From positions 1 through 64,000 of the forward strand of contig JAPEUG010000019.1 of NCBI GenBank assembly GCA_026025795.1: a stretch of 64,000 nucleotides of DNA, written 5' to 3'. Source of the stretch: Thelocarpon superellum (Eukaryota). The notes under the pieces were generated by a model. It had not been told where the DNA came from, made no database searches, and worked only from the letters and a program-made list of their open reading frames with translations. This document shows, one piece after another, positions 47,544 through 61,528 of this stretch. The position numbers and the translations under genes were made by a program. Numbering within the stretch: position 1 is the first letter of the stretch; every line of letters starts with the position of its first letter.

Positions 47544-49628
47544 CTACGAGGCGATGGCCCGTGCGCCAGGTTGGCTGCCACCGCGTCGCCCATTCTTCGC
47601 CTTGGAGACGGTGCTCCAGCCCTCTTCCTCCATCGCCTCCGTGGTGGTAGTCGCGCTGGGGTCCGCCGTCGTCTCCGTCGCCGTGGGCGGATCGCGAACG
47701 ACCTCCTTGGGCTTGACAGCCTGGTCGGGCACGGGTCCGCCATTGGCGCCCTCGGCCGCCGCCGCCGCACCATCCTCCTCCGTGGCCGCGCCGTTCGGCT
47801 CGTCGGCCGCCGTTTTGCCGAGAATCTCATAACTCGTTCCGGCCAGAGGAGTATCGGGTCCAGCCTCCTTGTCTTTTCCGTTCGGCTGCGCGCCAGAGGC
47901 GGGTTTGTCCGACTTGGCTGCGTCCTTGGCCGTGTTCCGTGCCGCATCCTTGGCCTCCTTGGCCACTCGTCGCTCCTCGCGCGCTTTCTCTTCCTGCTCC
48001 TTCTTCTGCCGCAGGACCAACTGTCGCTTCTCCTCAATCTCCTTCTCCTTGGCAAAGGTGTCGATGGGGCGGGCGCCCCCAAAAGGGCTCGCCTTCGGGT
48101 CGGTCGACGTGGCCGAGGGGGGCGACGCCGTCTCGGCTTCCGATACCGTGCGTTTCTGGAGGTTCAACCGGGGTCGGGTGGCGGGTGCGGCGGGCGCGGC
48201 GGGCGCGGCGGGCGCGGCCGAGACGGTGGCGGAGGGGGAGCTACTCGCGTCACGGGTGGGGGTGGGCGACTTGGCGGGCGCGTCGGGCCGCATCTTAGTG
48301 CGCCACTGGCTGTCCATCTCGGGCGCCGTGGGCGCGCGATCGGGCGGCGGTCGTTCCTGGAACTCCCGTCGCGGCGGACGAGAGCCATCCTGCGACCGGC
48401 CCTCGCCCCACGTGGGTGACTGCCGTCGATCGCGGGAACCGTCGGTGGGCCCGGGGCGTCCGCCATCGCGCGTCGGTGGCGCGGTCGTGGGCAGGGGCGA
48501 CAGGGGCCCTCGTCGCTCCCAGTTGCCAAAGTCTCGGACCTTGCCGTCGGATTGTTCATAGGGACGGCGACGGTCTCCGCGATCGCTGCCCGCATCCGAG
48601 GAGTTGTCCATCGCGCGGCCGCCGCCGAAGCCACGCTCGCCCCCAAAGCCACGGTCGGGCGTTCGGCGTTGGGCGCCGGGCAGGTCGGGCAGCGGCCCCT
48701 TGCGGGTCCAATCGTTGATCTCCCGCGCATCCGGGCGATCCTTGGCTGCCATGTGTCACCCTTGTTAGTATACCAGGCCAGGGACGGGACGAAAGGGATG
48801 ACCTACGCGGCTCGGCAACGCTCACGCGGATGTTTCGACCGCTGAACTGGGTCCCATTCAAGTCCAGCGCTTTCTTCAGCCCGTCGAGGGAGGCAAACTC
48901 GACGTAGCCAAAGCCCTTGGGCTTTCGCTCCAATTTGTCCTCCACGATGCGGACGTTGGTGACGGAGCATTCGTGAAAGTAGTCGGTGACGTCGCCTTCA
49001 GTCACGTCAAAGGAGAGGTTGCCAATGTGGGCGGTGTAGGGAGGTTTATCAGGGAGCGGGAGCTGCTCGCGGACCGAGTAGCCACGATCTGTGGAGGGGA
49101 GAGGCATCAGCCAAAAGGATAGCACGGCCGGCACCCGCCAGCAAGACATCAGCACCCACCATTGAAGCCCGCGCTCCCAAAACCTCCGGCCGAGCCAAAG
49201 CTGCGTTGGGCGCCATAGCCCGTCCGGGAGTCTATGATGGTCAGTGACACATCCACAGAGAGAGGAATGGAAGTGGATGGGCAGCGCGCAAGCACCCACC
49301 GCCGGCTGCGTAAGGGGGCGGCGTTAGCATTCGTGGCAAGAACCCGTCTCAGGGAGGGAGACTCACAAGCCAAAGGCATATCTTCCATCTCATCGGCCCA
49401 AGAACCCAGAGCTATCGCCGTCAGCACCACAGATACGTCCCACAAGAGCCGGGCGGGAGACACCCGTACTTTCATCGGTCAAGAAGTCGCCGAGCGACAT
49501 CTTCTGGTTCTGGGCCTTCTTGGGGGGAGCTATCGAGGGTACGAGCGTCAGTCGTGGACGGCTGATGGAGGACTTTCGACGCCAGGTGGCCGATGTGCGG
49601 ACCCCATGTGTCGAGCAGACGTACCCAT
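47544..49628 (-). CDS. TIF3: Translation initiation factor eIF4B
   Basis: MAPPKKAQNQKMSLGDFLTDETLGSWADEMED; RRM PPYTAHIGNLSFD...KGFGYVEF...GRNIRVSVAEP; DWTRKGPLP, RPRLNLQKRT and SPFGGARPIDT. Confidence 0.93.
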
Positions 49629-50474
49629 GTTTGCGGGAACGTCGTGCCCACCCTGGACGACAGAGTGCGCACAGGAAGGGGAGGGGACGCGGCGAGGAGG
49701 TCGACGTCGGCGGCGGGCGATGAGGGGACGTGGCGGGCGTGTGGGCCCGGCGGGGGAGCAGTGCAGAGCCTCGTCGCCGTCGGGATTGACGGACGGAGGG
49801 TGGGACGTTGGTTGGCCGGTCGCTCTTACGGACGGATGAGGAGTTTGATTGGTATGATTTGTGGTTCCATCATTGGCACGGTGCGCAGGCAGAAATCGAT
49901 TTATTCCATAATCTGCCGAACCCGACTACGCGAGCGTGTGGCTTTTCCGCCCCATTACTCGTACTGGTCCTACCCGCTCCTGGGTCGCGGCGTGAAGAGA
50001 TCTGACAGCCTGCACGCATGCGCACCCAAGGAGTACCTTGAGCCAGGTACCGCAACACCATTCCGTGGCCGGCAAGGTACGTGACCCAACGGCCTCTCTC
50101 CGATCCTACGCGTAGACTCGGTTAGCGTTAGTGTGGTGCGTCCCCCATCCCTCCTCTGGCAGACCATGACGACCATGAGAAACTTGGAAAGCTTGGAAAG
50201 ATTGCGTCCATCGACCGCCGTGGGACGGAAATTCCTGCATTCCTCGTCCCCCTCATACTCGCCACCGCTCTCAAAGCTCATTGGTGACCGGTTTGCACAA
50301 GACTTCCCGCCATCAGAGGGAAAAAGTGACCTCCCCTAGGGTAGAGTGATGAGTGCGTAAATACCAGGATGTAGTGGGATTAGCGGTACGGGATGGTCAA
50401 GGTCCATAACACGCAATTTGGCACGCTCAACCGCTTGGTGCTGTGTTCGACACGACGTGACTGCCCGACTGGCC

Positions 50475-51341
50475 ATGGGGCATGGCACGCTCTGGGATAC
50501 GTTGCTGTGGCCCTCGCTTCAAGCGGGTGCCCTGTCGGGTAGGTGACATTGGTCCTCGAGCGGTGGTCGAGCGACCCTTCCTGACGGGACTGGTGGTGCA
50601 CAGGCTCGTCGGCGCTGATCATAGGACGGTTGTTGGGGTCTTTGTATTCGACCACGCCGGTGCTGTTCACCATTGCCTCTGGTGTACAATGGTTCGCTGT
50701 GGGAAGTGGCTTCTGGGGTGTGTCTCCCATCTCTGCCCCTGTGGGGCCTGTGGGGCCTGTGACGCCCGCCGCCGCTGACCATAGTCGCAGCAACTCGAGG
50801 AGCATATCTACGCACAAGGGCCAGTGATGGCGCAACGGGGCGTGATTACCTGATGGCCAGTGGGCTCTCAGGGGCTCTCACAGGTGGAACCCTGGGCGCC
50901 TTGATGCGTGCGACCCCTCGTGCCCCGTGCCCTGTGCCCTGTGCCCTGTGCCCTGTGCCCTGTGCCCTGTGCCCTGTGCCCTGTGCCCCGTGGCCAGACG
51001 TCGCTGACCGAGACCGTCGTCTAGGAGGTCGACGCAATGCGGTGCCAGGCATGGTCATGTTCTCGCTGTTTGGGCTCGCCGGACAGGGCGTCTACAATCG
51101 GCTGGACGCCCAGCATATGCAACAACAAGGCGCCGGGGTCCCCGATCGTGCCGGACCAGGCTTCTGGCACCGGCTGGCCCAGAAGAAGTGGACGCCGGTG
51201 CAGGTATTGTCCGACGAGGAATATGAGCAGCTGCTCCGGGAAAAAGCACTCCGAATCGAGGCGGAGATTGCTGTGATTGAAGACGACATGAAGCTGCTGC
51301 AAGAATCTGCTACCCTAGAACATGCCAACGAAACGCGATAG
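50475..51341 (+). CDS. Conserved fungal small membrane protein (Gly-rich TM helices, Tim17-like pattern), 4 exons
   Basis: MGHGTLWDTLLWPSLQAGALS|GSSALIIG...LFTIASGVQWFAVGSGFW|ATRG...SGLSGALTGGTLGALM|RGGRRNAVPGMVMFSLFGLAGQ...WTPVQVLSDEEYEQLLREK. Confidence 0.75.
50927..50987. repeat. (GTGCCCT)n heptamer repeat inside an intron
   Basis: About eight tandem copies between the donor gtgcga (~50908) and the acceptor at ~51024. Confidence 0.9.
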
Positions 51342-52298
51342 CATCCCCTGGCTAGCCATGGGAGCAGAGAAAAATGCGTGCTCGGATGAGACCTGTCAAG
51401 GATGCACTGGTGCGGTCTACTCTCGATAGGTATCGACCCTAGAATCATGGGAAGGCAGTCACTTTACGTAGAGGTCTTCAAGATGACCACTTCAGGGCTG
51501 CCCCTTGGTCTTCCATGTACGGATGAGAAGGGAGCTTGCCGGTCTGGGAGCTCTACGTCTTGGAACCACTGGGTGACTGGGTGGGGAGCGCCAGCTTTGC
51601 CGAGCTGCAAGCCTCGACGACGACCCGAACTTCGGAAGTGGTAGAGACGGGCAAACGAACAATCGAACAGCCCGCCAGCCGTAAGCCGCACGGTGGACTG
51701 GTGGAGTTTGGGAAGGAGCGAGAACTCGAGACGACCTAGTCTTAACATATGTTAGTGTAAGATAGTCCGGGATAGTTTGAGGCATGGCACCTGTGGCCAG
51801 TCTTAGTGGGCCATGGGTCCCAGCCATAGTGCGAGATCATATCGCCGGCATCATCCGACACATCGCGAACCGCTGGATCTACTCGTGCATCGCGCAAGTA
51901 GTGAGTTGGTTAGTGAAGTGGACAGCTGAGGTCCCCAACACGCCCAGAGCTCCACCACGCCCACCGAGTCTATCGAGTCTGTCTCGACCCCACCACCTCC
52001 CATCTCCACCATCCGGCCAGATTCTCCAAGCTCCAACCCGGACTAGACGGCTTCAAACCTGCTTTGAATCAACGCCTCTCACTGTCCAGCTCACCACCAC
52101 CATCTATTTCATCTCCATTCCTCGGGTTGCACTACACCGCGTGCGTCGGAACTTGTCGGCGCCATCGACCATGCGATTGATCTCTTCATGATCCATCCCC
52201 AATCTACTTCTTACCCAATGATTCGCACCGCGTGCGCCCCGGCCGTGCTCGCGGAGGAGCTGCTGGGCGGCTCGCCCCCGCGCGGTGACTGAGCCGCC

Positions 52299-55200
52299 AT
52301 GGCCACCTGGAATCCCACCTTCGTCGTCGCCGTCCTGGTCCTGCTCTACCTCTCGTCCTTCATCGTCTTTGCCCTGCTTCGCATCATCACTGGCATCTCC
52401 ATCCAGCGCCTGGGCTACTTCTCCTTACGCCGCATCGCATACACCCCGCGCGATGGCCTACGCATCAATATCCGCGGCCTCGGCCTGGTCCTGCACCGAC
52501 CCACCTTTGCCCAACCCACCTGGCTGAGTCTCGTCTTGGAGGAGCTCCATGTCACCGTTGACCTGACCGCCCTGAGCGCCGAGCAGCATGATGCCCACGA
52601 CGAGGCCCATGACGCCACGGCACCGGGCACGCCCTCGGACGCCGACGGACCCAACTGCTCCCTCGACGACGCCCCGGCGGCCGGCCCGTCCATTCCCCCC
52701 CGAGGCTCCGCCGAGCCGCGCCGGAGTCGGACGTGGGAGCGCTTGTCGACGCTCAAGGATCGTATCAAGCGTCTACATCGCCAGGTCCAATGGATGCGCC
52801 TGGTCGACGTCGTCGCCACCAGCTCAACCTTCGCCATCACGGACATCGGCGCGCTCCAGGTCGATCACTTTACCCTCGCCGTCGACACCCGCCGCAAGAC
52901 CGCGGACCGCGCTCGCTTGTTCCGTGACCGGCACGCCATTGCCGGCACGCGCCGGCCCGCCGAATGGATGCTCACGGTCCGCAGCGTGCTTTTCACCCCC
53001 GAGGCCAAGGAGTCGCTCGAAATCATCGACCACTGCGCCCTGAATATCCATGGCTTGCTCTACGACGGCCTCGATGGCCTGCACGACGCCGCCATTGCCT
53101 TCAAGTGCGGCCGCGTGCATGTACCATACGATGACTTCGTCATCGCCGCCACCCGCATCCGCCACTGCCGTAGTTTCTACGGCCATCGCTCCAGCGCCGA
53201 TGATCCCGACCTCTCGCTCGCAGACGTCATGGAAGAGCTCGACATGCCCGGTAGTCGCGAGGAGACCATAATGCAGACCGTGTCAGATTCCAAGGAGTTC
53301 GTGGGCTCCATCCTGCGCGGCATCAAGGAGGTCCAGTTTGCCATCGCCTTCTTCGCCCTCACCAAGCAGCTGCACGGCATCCGTCCCGCCGCCGAGCCGT
53401 TGCACCTCAACCTCGAGATGAAAGAGGTCGGCATCGACCTGCACCGCCTCGATCAGCGCAGCCCGGCCCACCGCATGTACTTCTCCACCAACGACGTCGC
53501 CCATCAAGCCCTGCTCGCCGCCATTGGCATGTCCTTCGGCGTCGACGACGGCACCAACGCCGACCGCCTCGTCTATGTCCCCATGCTGACCACCACGGTC
53601 AAGACCACCTTGCCGGCCAAGACCGTCCAGTCGGGCCCCATCGAGGACGTGGCTGATCGCAACGCCAACATCCTCTTTGCCAACATCGTCGCCACCTCGC
53701 CCTCCATGGACGTCGATCCTCGTCACCTTCCCCTGCTACTCGCCCTCCTCTCCGTCGCCCCCGCCGACGCCGGCGCCACCCTGGCGCCAGCAGCTCCCGC
53801 CGTGCGCAAGCATCACCACCTCATCTCCCGCTTGTTGCCCAAGGCCAGCATCCGACTCTCCGTCCACGAGCCCGTCATCCGCGTCACCCTGCCCGCCATG
53901 GAGCCCGAGCGCCGGGCCGCCGACGACTACGACCTGCTCATCTCTTCCAACTCGTCCATCGCGATGGAGCTCGAGTCGTCGCATGCCGCCACCGGCCCGC
54001 TGCACTACTCCCTCGGCGTCAATCTGCGCGTGCTCCTGCACCAGTTCTATTACCAGACCGCGTCTGGCATCCGCTATAACCTGCTGATGACCGAGTCGCT
54101 CGAGATCAAGGTGCAGGTGAGCGCGGCGCCGCAGCTGTGCGTCGTCGTCTCGGGCAACCTGCAAACCTTCTCGGTGCACATGGTGCGGCCCGAGATCAGC
54201 GAGGGGGTGCGCCAGATCGTGAAGCAGCTGCGCAGAAACGTGAGCGCCCACCGCGGTGAGCTGCCCCCGTCCGCTGCCGCCCCAGCGATCGGACCCAGCT
54301 TCCTGCGGCGCGTGCCGCCGTGGTTACTCTCCTTGGAGTTTCACGGCTCCGACTTTGGCATCGAGGTCGCCGGCAGCGATCCCGACGTGTCCTGCACAAC
54401 CCGAGGCATCGCATTGCAGCTGGAGTCGTGGACGGCCGAGTATCGCACGCAGCGTCACGACGCCCTCCCACCCCGGACCACCCGTCGACGTGCCGCCAGT
54501 CGCGGCGCCGAAGGGAGCCCCGCCTTCCTCGACCCCGCCCCGCCCCCGATCCCGCCGTCGCCGCAAGTCGAGGGGACGGATGGTCGGCGTTTGGCCATTC
54601 ATGTCCGCCAGCTCGAGGGTTTCGTCGTCGAGGCCGTCGATGCCCGCGAATCGGAGTCCTTTTTGTCGCTGCCACGCTGCGAGGTGGCTTGGTCCACCTC
54701 GACCGACCACCGAGGACCTATTCTCCACGTTCACTCCGTCGCCAAGACGCTGTTCCTCCATTACTCTCTATATCGTCACTACGCCACCGGCGTCGCGGGC
54801 ATGGTGCTGAAGAAGGCCTTCTACAACACTCCCCGCGACCGCGACCGTCCACGGTCCGACGAGACCCACCGCGCTGCGGTCCGACACACGTCGCAGACCG
54901 CCGTGCCCGTCGTTCACGCACCCGACGCCGGGCGGCCGATGCCGGCGCCTGAGCTGACCGTGATGGATGTCAAGGTCGGTCTGGTGCAGCTCAAGGCCAC
55001 CATGCCCTCCGATCCGCCCATGATGCTTCATCTCTTCTCGCTCGAAGCCAGCCGCCATCGGTGGACGGCGCCGATGGTCAAGGCCGCGGCCATTCGTCTC
55101 TTCGCCGAGGCGCCGACCGTGCGGGGCGTCTGGGCCCGACTCGTCACCCTCAAGGATGCCCGGGTCGATGTGCGCGAGAGCCGTCGCCAAGGAAAGCATG

Positions 55201-58200
55201 GAGTCGTGCATGAACGCTCCATCGACGTCACCGCCGAGGCCATTCGCATCGGCGTGCCGCATCAGCTCGTGCCTCACAAGATCTTCGACAACGCCGTCAA
55301 CGTGGCCAAGGCGACGGAGCAGCTGCATCATCGCTTCAAGACCGGCACCAACGAGTATATTCTCGACAAAAAGCCCGTGGGCCCGCGGCATATCCCGAAG
55401 ATCACCTTCCGTAGCAAGGCCCTGCTCGTCGAATTTGAGGACTCGCCCTTTGAGTGGAAGCTGTCGATGATCTATCGTGTCGGCACGACCGAGCAACGCC
55501 ATCGACTGGCGCGCGAAGAGGCATTCCGCGTCAAGGTCAAGGGCCTCGAGGAAACGCGCCAGCGACAAGGGTCGCACTCGCGTTCGCGCTCGACCTTTCT
55601 GCGAGGCCGAGGATCCAAGACCAACGGTGGTGCCGGCGACCCCTCACCCGCTCCCAAGGAGACCGCCAAACGCACCCGGGGCCGATCGTCATCGCGGCCA
55701 GGCCGACGCGGACGGAAGATGCGCTATGACCCCGAACGCAGCTGTGGCTTCAGCGAGACGGCCAAGATCTCCATCGCCGAGGCACGCGAGCGGCTGGACG
55801 CGCTCAACTTCGAGAGCTGGAAGAAGCGCATCGATTTCGCCGTGGCATATCACGTCAAGAACATGGCGGCGTTGCGGGATGTCATCTGGGGCCCCGATGA
55901 GCTCCCGGACATGACCGAGGTGACGGAGACCATCCTCCGGCTGCCGGAGCGGCCGGGGCTCATGACGGCGTTGATCAATGACCTGCACGTCGTCATCGAC
56001 CAGCCCAGCTTCCCGCGTGCCGAGCTCCCCGCCTTTCTCCATCGGATCGGCAAGGGCATGCCCTACGACATGCAATATTCGCTGCTGGTGCCCGTGAACG
56101 TTCAGCTCGACATGGGTGAGGCGCGCGTCACCCTGCGCGACTACCCTTTGCCGCTCCTGCACGTGCCGGCGATGCGGCCGAATCAGTCCTCGCGCGCCCC
56201 CAGCTGGTCGCTCAAGACTGACTTCGTCATCGCCGAGGAGTACCGCGATGCCGAGTCATCACGCCACGTCAAGGTCAACATCGTCCCGCCCGACCGTGCC
56301 GGGGCGGGCGCTGGCGTGGGCACCGGCGCGGGTGAGAGCGAGGATCCGCGCCGCCGTGGTTTCGCCATCGACGTCAGGCGAACGGTGTCGCCCGTGAAGA
56401 CGTACTCGGACGTGGAGGTCAGCATCAACACGAACCTAGCGACGCGCATCGCCTGGGGTACGTCATATCAGCCGGCCATCCAGGACATGATGATGGTCAT
56501 CGAATCCTTCACCAAGCCGCAGATTGACCCCTCCGACCGCGCGGGTTTCTGGGACAAGATTCGTCTCGGATTTCACTCGCGGGTACACGTGGCGTGGACG
56601 GGCGACGGTGACCTGCAGCTGCTCCTCAAGGGATCGCGCAATCCGTATGTCGTCACCGGCTACGGCGCGGGCTTCGTGCTATGCTGGCGCAACGACGTTC
56701 ATTGGCGCATCGCCCAGGACCCCGATCCACGCAAGTTCATGACCGTCGACAGCGGCGAGTTCATCTTGGCCGTTCCCGACCTGAGCCACCAGGCGCGCGA
56801 CGACATTGTCGATCCCAACGCCAGCCGTCTTGGGGATGACGGTGACAGTGTGTCTAGCGCCGGGGGCGGCAAGGATGGCGCCATCTTTAAGAAGGTGGTC
56901 ATGAAGCTCTCAGGCGACGTACGCTGGTTAGCCGGCCTGGTATTTGAGCGAGACGTGGACGCGTCGCGCCGCTCCTTTGACTTCCGACCGCACTATGAGG
57001 TCACGATGAAGAATCCCAAGTTCGCCCGGGCATCCTCGGGTGAGGTGTACGACGCCTACCGCGGCTTCCGCAGCCAGCACATCCACCTGTCCATCGCGGT
57101 CATCGCCCCGGTCAACCGGGACTGGTCCGTGACGAATCTGCAGCCGTCGGCCAGCTACAACACCGTGCACCTGAGCCCACGATTCCACACCCACTTCTTC
57201 GATTGGTGGTCGCTCTTCTCCGGCATCATGTCGTTGCCGGTGCGCCAGGGCCGGCTCTGGCCCGGGTTGGAGAAGTCGAGCAAGAAGTTTGGCCGGCACC
57301 TGGCCACGATCAAGTACAACCTGTTGCTCTCGCCGCTCTTCATCAGCCACATCTACAAGCATAAGGACGGCGAGGATGGAGCCGAGGAGCCCACGGCGGC
57401 GGCGACGGGGCTGAAGGTGCGCCTGGACAGCTTCATGCTCGACCTGCACCAGCGCCGCGAAGAGTTCGCGAGCCAGGTCAAGAACCGCAAGAACCAGATG
57501 AAGACGACGGCGATGCGGATCCACGAGGCCCAATTGGACTTCATCTCCGCCGACATCCGCGCCGTCTCGGCCCGGCTGGCGGGTACCACGGCCGATGAAC
57601 TCAAACGCGCCAGCGAGGACGCCATCGCCGCCTACCAGCAGCGGCCGTCGTCCATCGACTTGTCGCGCTTCACCATCCCCGACAAAGACTATTCATGGAT
57701 CGACATGGACGACTTTGTCGAGCTGGACTGGCTCCTACCCACCGAGCCGAACCCCGAGACCAGCATCCTGCCGCTGGCCTTCACCCCGCGCTTCACCTAT
57801 TTCCGCCAGACCGACCACCCAGACAGCGAGGGCAACGATGACGAAGGACAGCACTCCAGTCCTTTCGGCCACGAAGCCACGCACTACTGCGTCATGTCGC
57901 AAGACAACGACCCACGTCGGGTCCAGTGTGATCTGATCGTCGAACGCCTCGCCTCGCTGCAGACACAGATGGAGAACCACGAGCGATCGATGGGCGAGGC
58001 GCAGCTCAAGGTGGTCAAGGACGACTACAAGGATGAGGCATTAAAGGAGCAGTACAACATGCTGAAGCACCATGGCGAGATGTTGCAGCGGAAGCGCACC
58101 TTTTTGGTGTCCATGCTCGGACGCATGTCGGATCAAACGGAGCCGGCCGGGAGCGAAGGCGCGGGCCTGGGCGAAGGCCTCGGGAACGGGTCGTCGGACC

Positions 58201-61200
58201 GACCGAGCGAGAGCAATCCCTCGTCCGACCTCGACGATGAGCCCGGATTGGAAGCCATGGACGCTTCGCCGTTGGCCGACTTTGCCAGCGACTTTAATAA
58301 CCGCTTCATCGTCCACAACGTGCAGATGAAGTGGAACAACGCCCTTCGGAATGTGATCCTGCGCTACATCCACCAGGTGGGCCAGCGTCGAGGGTTTGTG
58401 TACTACATGTCGCGTCGCGCGGTCAAGTTCATCCTCGATATTGTCGAGGAGCAGAACAAGTCCAAGCAGCGACCCGAGGCGCCGGGCGCCAGCGCCGGTG
58501 ACGCCGCGCGGACGCGTGCGGCGGAGCCAACGTCGGTCCCGGGGCAAGACCCTGAGGCCAGCGTGCAGGAGCGCATCCAACAGCTCCTGGGCGACGCCAA
58601 GAAGTTCGTAAGCGCCGACGAGGCCGCGTCGCCGCCGACCGAGGAGCTCTCACGGACGACGACGGACGAGGCGAGCGAGCACATCGCGCAAGAATTCACG
58701 CCACAGAACAGCTACCACGTGCGTCTGATCGCGCCGCAGATTCAGCTGCAGAGCGAGAAGAATGCGAAGACGGCGGTGCTGGTGACGGCCAAGGGGATGC
58801 AGCTCAAGGTGATTCAGATCATGGACAAGGACCGGGTGGCGGACGACGTCAGCGGGCTGGTGCAGCGCCGCTTCTCCATGGACATGGACAGCGTGCAATT
58901 CTTCGTCTCCAGCCAGAAGACCTTTGCCACCCACTTCCTGCACATGTACTCGGGCACGCGCTACGGCACGCCCAGCGGGTCCTCGTGGCCGCCGTGGGTG
59001 CCGATGGAGGTGATGTTTGACTTCAAGATCCATCCCTTTGGCTTCTCGCGCGTGGTGCACAAGACGTCGGCCAGCCTCCGGTACGACAAGTACAACACGC
59101 TACGACTCAAGTACAACGACGAGCTGTCCAACGAGGACGGGACGGCGTCGGGCGATCCGGGCGAGCCCGAAAGCCGCATGGACCAACTCTGGGTCGACTT
59201 TCCGCAGATTCGAGCCATCTGTGACTCGATGCAGTACTACGCCATGTACATGATCGTGCTTGATCTGCTCCTGTACAGCGAGCCGCTGGAGAAGGTACGC
59301 AGCGAGCGCCTCGAGAAGATCATGCTGGCCTCGGACTTTAGCGACCTGCGGGGGGCGCCGGAGATGGTGGTGCGGCTGCAGGAACGAATCCGGCAACTGC
59401 GCGAAATCAAGATGCAGTTCCAGGTCAACGCGCGCTATCTTGATCGGCAAGGATGGCAGGACCGGCTCGCGCTGGAGGAGGACCTGGCCAGCTGCGAGGA
59501 CGAGCTGTTCTTCCTCATGAAGGCCATCACGACGTCGCAGCGAAAATACGACGATCGATCGGCCACGACGGCGCTGCTCAAGTGGAGTTTGTCGGCGACT
59601 GATATCGTGTGGCACTTGGTGCGCGAGAAGAACGAGCCGCTGGTGGAATTTCAGCTGCAGAACGCAAGCTATGAGCGAACCGACATCAGCGACGGCTCGA
59701 ACGAGAACCTGGTGGAAGTGGGCCGCATCTTTGGGCTGAACCTTCTGCCACACGCCCTGTACCCCGACATGATCGCGCCGTACTTTGACAACGCCAGCCC
59801 GCCGATCGAGGGCCGAGAGATCAAGATGATCCGGGTCAAGTGGTACATGCTCGAGGCCATTGCGGGCATTCCCGTCATGGACCACTTTGAGGTCAATCTG
59901 TTCCCGCTCAAGGTACAGCTGGAGCGCGAGATTGGCAAACGCTTGTTCGAGTACGTCTTCCCGGGCGCGGGGTCAAGTGCCTTTGAACAGACGGGCGTTT
60001 CTCCCTTCACGGCCAAGAACGCGCTTGGCGGGACGAATGGGACGAACGGGCCGGCGATGACGGAGCGGGCGGAAGAGGAGGCGGAGACTGCGGAGACGTC
60101 GACCAGCGAGGACCTCGAGGTGCTGACGGGCACGGAAACCTTGGCTGCACGGCTCCGGCCGACGTTGTCACTGACCCACGAGCACCACAAGCACGGCGCG
60201 GGCGCCAAGAAGTCTCGACATAGCGTTGCGCCCTCGAATGACGGACATCATTTCCGCATCTTCTCGTCACAGAGCCGGAGCAGGACGGAGCGCCCGAGCC
60301 CCGCGTCGACCGCACGCACGCCGACGTCAAAACGGTCCGCGGAGAGTCTGAAGCTTCTGGGCCGCCGGTCCACGGAACGGTCCTACACCAATCTGACCGG
60401 TCTGACCATGACGCCGGCCAACTCCGACAAGCTCTCGGAGAAACCGAAGCGATTCGGGCTGCAACGTACCGCCAGCAAAGACGTGCCGCACGACGAGAAG
60501 AGCGGCAAGCGGTCGGACGACCTGACGTTGATGATGAACCGAGCATCCAACTACATGACGCTCGCCTACGTAAAGATCCCCAGCGTGGTGCTCTGTCTCA
60601 GCTACAAGGGGCGCAGCGAGCGCAACATCGAAGACGTGCACAACTTTGTCTTCCGCATGCCCATCCTCGAGTACCGGAACAAGACGTGGTCGAACCTGGA
60701 TCTGGCGCTGCACCTAAAGCGCGACGTCATCAAAGCCCTCATTTCCCACACGGGCGCCATCATCGGCAACAAGTTCTCCCACCACCGGCCCAGCCGCCAG
60801 CAGCAAAGCCGGCTGCGCGAAGTCGCCAACAACTCGTCGCTGCTGACCATGACGTCCACCTCGGACACCCTGGACGGAATCAGCGACGGCTCGAGCCCGC
60901 GCGACTCCAGCCCCGCCAACGGCCGATCGACGTCGCCCGGCCGCCACAGTCTCTCGGGCTCCTATCCCAGTCCCGTGCCACGCACCGAGAGCTTCGCGTC
61001 TATTCCGTCATCGTCCGTCACGCTGCACGGCGGTGGAGTGTCCTCGGATGCAGCGTCGACGCACACGGTGGGAAGTCGGAGTGTGAGCGGGACAACGGAC
61101 GATGTAATTAATCCCCTCGATCCTCTTCACCTCGTCGCCTCGTCACCTCACCCGCATGCTAATGGATACAGGGTCACGGCTTCATCCACAATAAGCTCAG

Positions 61201-61446
61201 CCGACACTTGACGGGATTCGCGCATAAGGCACGCTCTTCTTCGTCGTCAGGTGTGGGCGGGGCCGCGGCCGAGGAGCCAGAAGAGAGGTGAGCCAGCCCC
61301 TATCTGATTCATGAGTCACTATAGAGAGAGAGAGAGAGAGAGCGAGAGAGAGTAAAGGAAGATGAAGCTGACGCGTATCGTATGATAGTCACCAAAGAAA
61401 GAGCAAATTACTGCTCGGCAAGAAGATACTTGGCTCTTTGAACTAA
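52299..61446 (+). CDS. FMP27: Bridge-like lipid transfer protein Fmp27/Hob (BLTP2/Hobbit/SABRE family)
   Basis: About 3000 aa with an N-terminal TM anchor. Motifs GFWDK, SWIDMDDFVE, WPPW and the C-terminal EYRNKTWSNLDLALHLKRDVIKALISH (Apt1-like). Two 3' introns lead to LLGKKILGSLN* at 61446. Confidence 0.95.
61323..61351. repeat. (AG)n microsatellite in the last FMP27 intron
   Basis: agagagagagagagagagagcgagagagag. Confidence 0.85.
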
Positions 61447-61468
61447 CAAGATTAGAATTTCACCTTCT

Positions 61469-61528
61469 TCGTTCTTTGTTCTTTGTTCTTTGTTCTTTGT
61501 TCTTCGTTCTTCGTTCTTCGTTCTTCGT
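61469..61528. repeat. (TTCTTTG/TTCTTCG)n heptamer repeat
   Basis: Tandem heptamers in the 3' flank of FMP27. Confidence 0.85.

Noticed and set aside
50927..50987. Heptamer and hexamer tandem arrays as CRISPR-like or coding repeats
   Set aside because: No spacers and a eukaryotic context; these are simple microsatellites in introns, UTRs or intergenic DNA.
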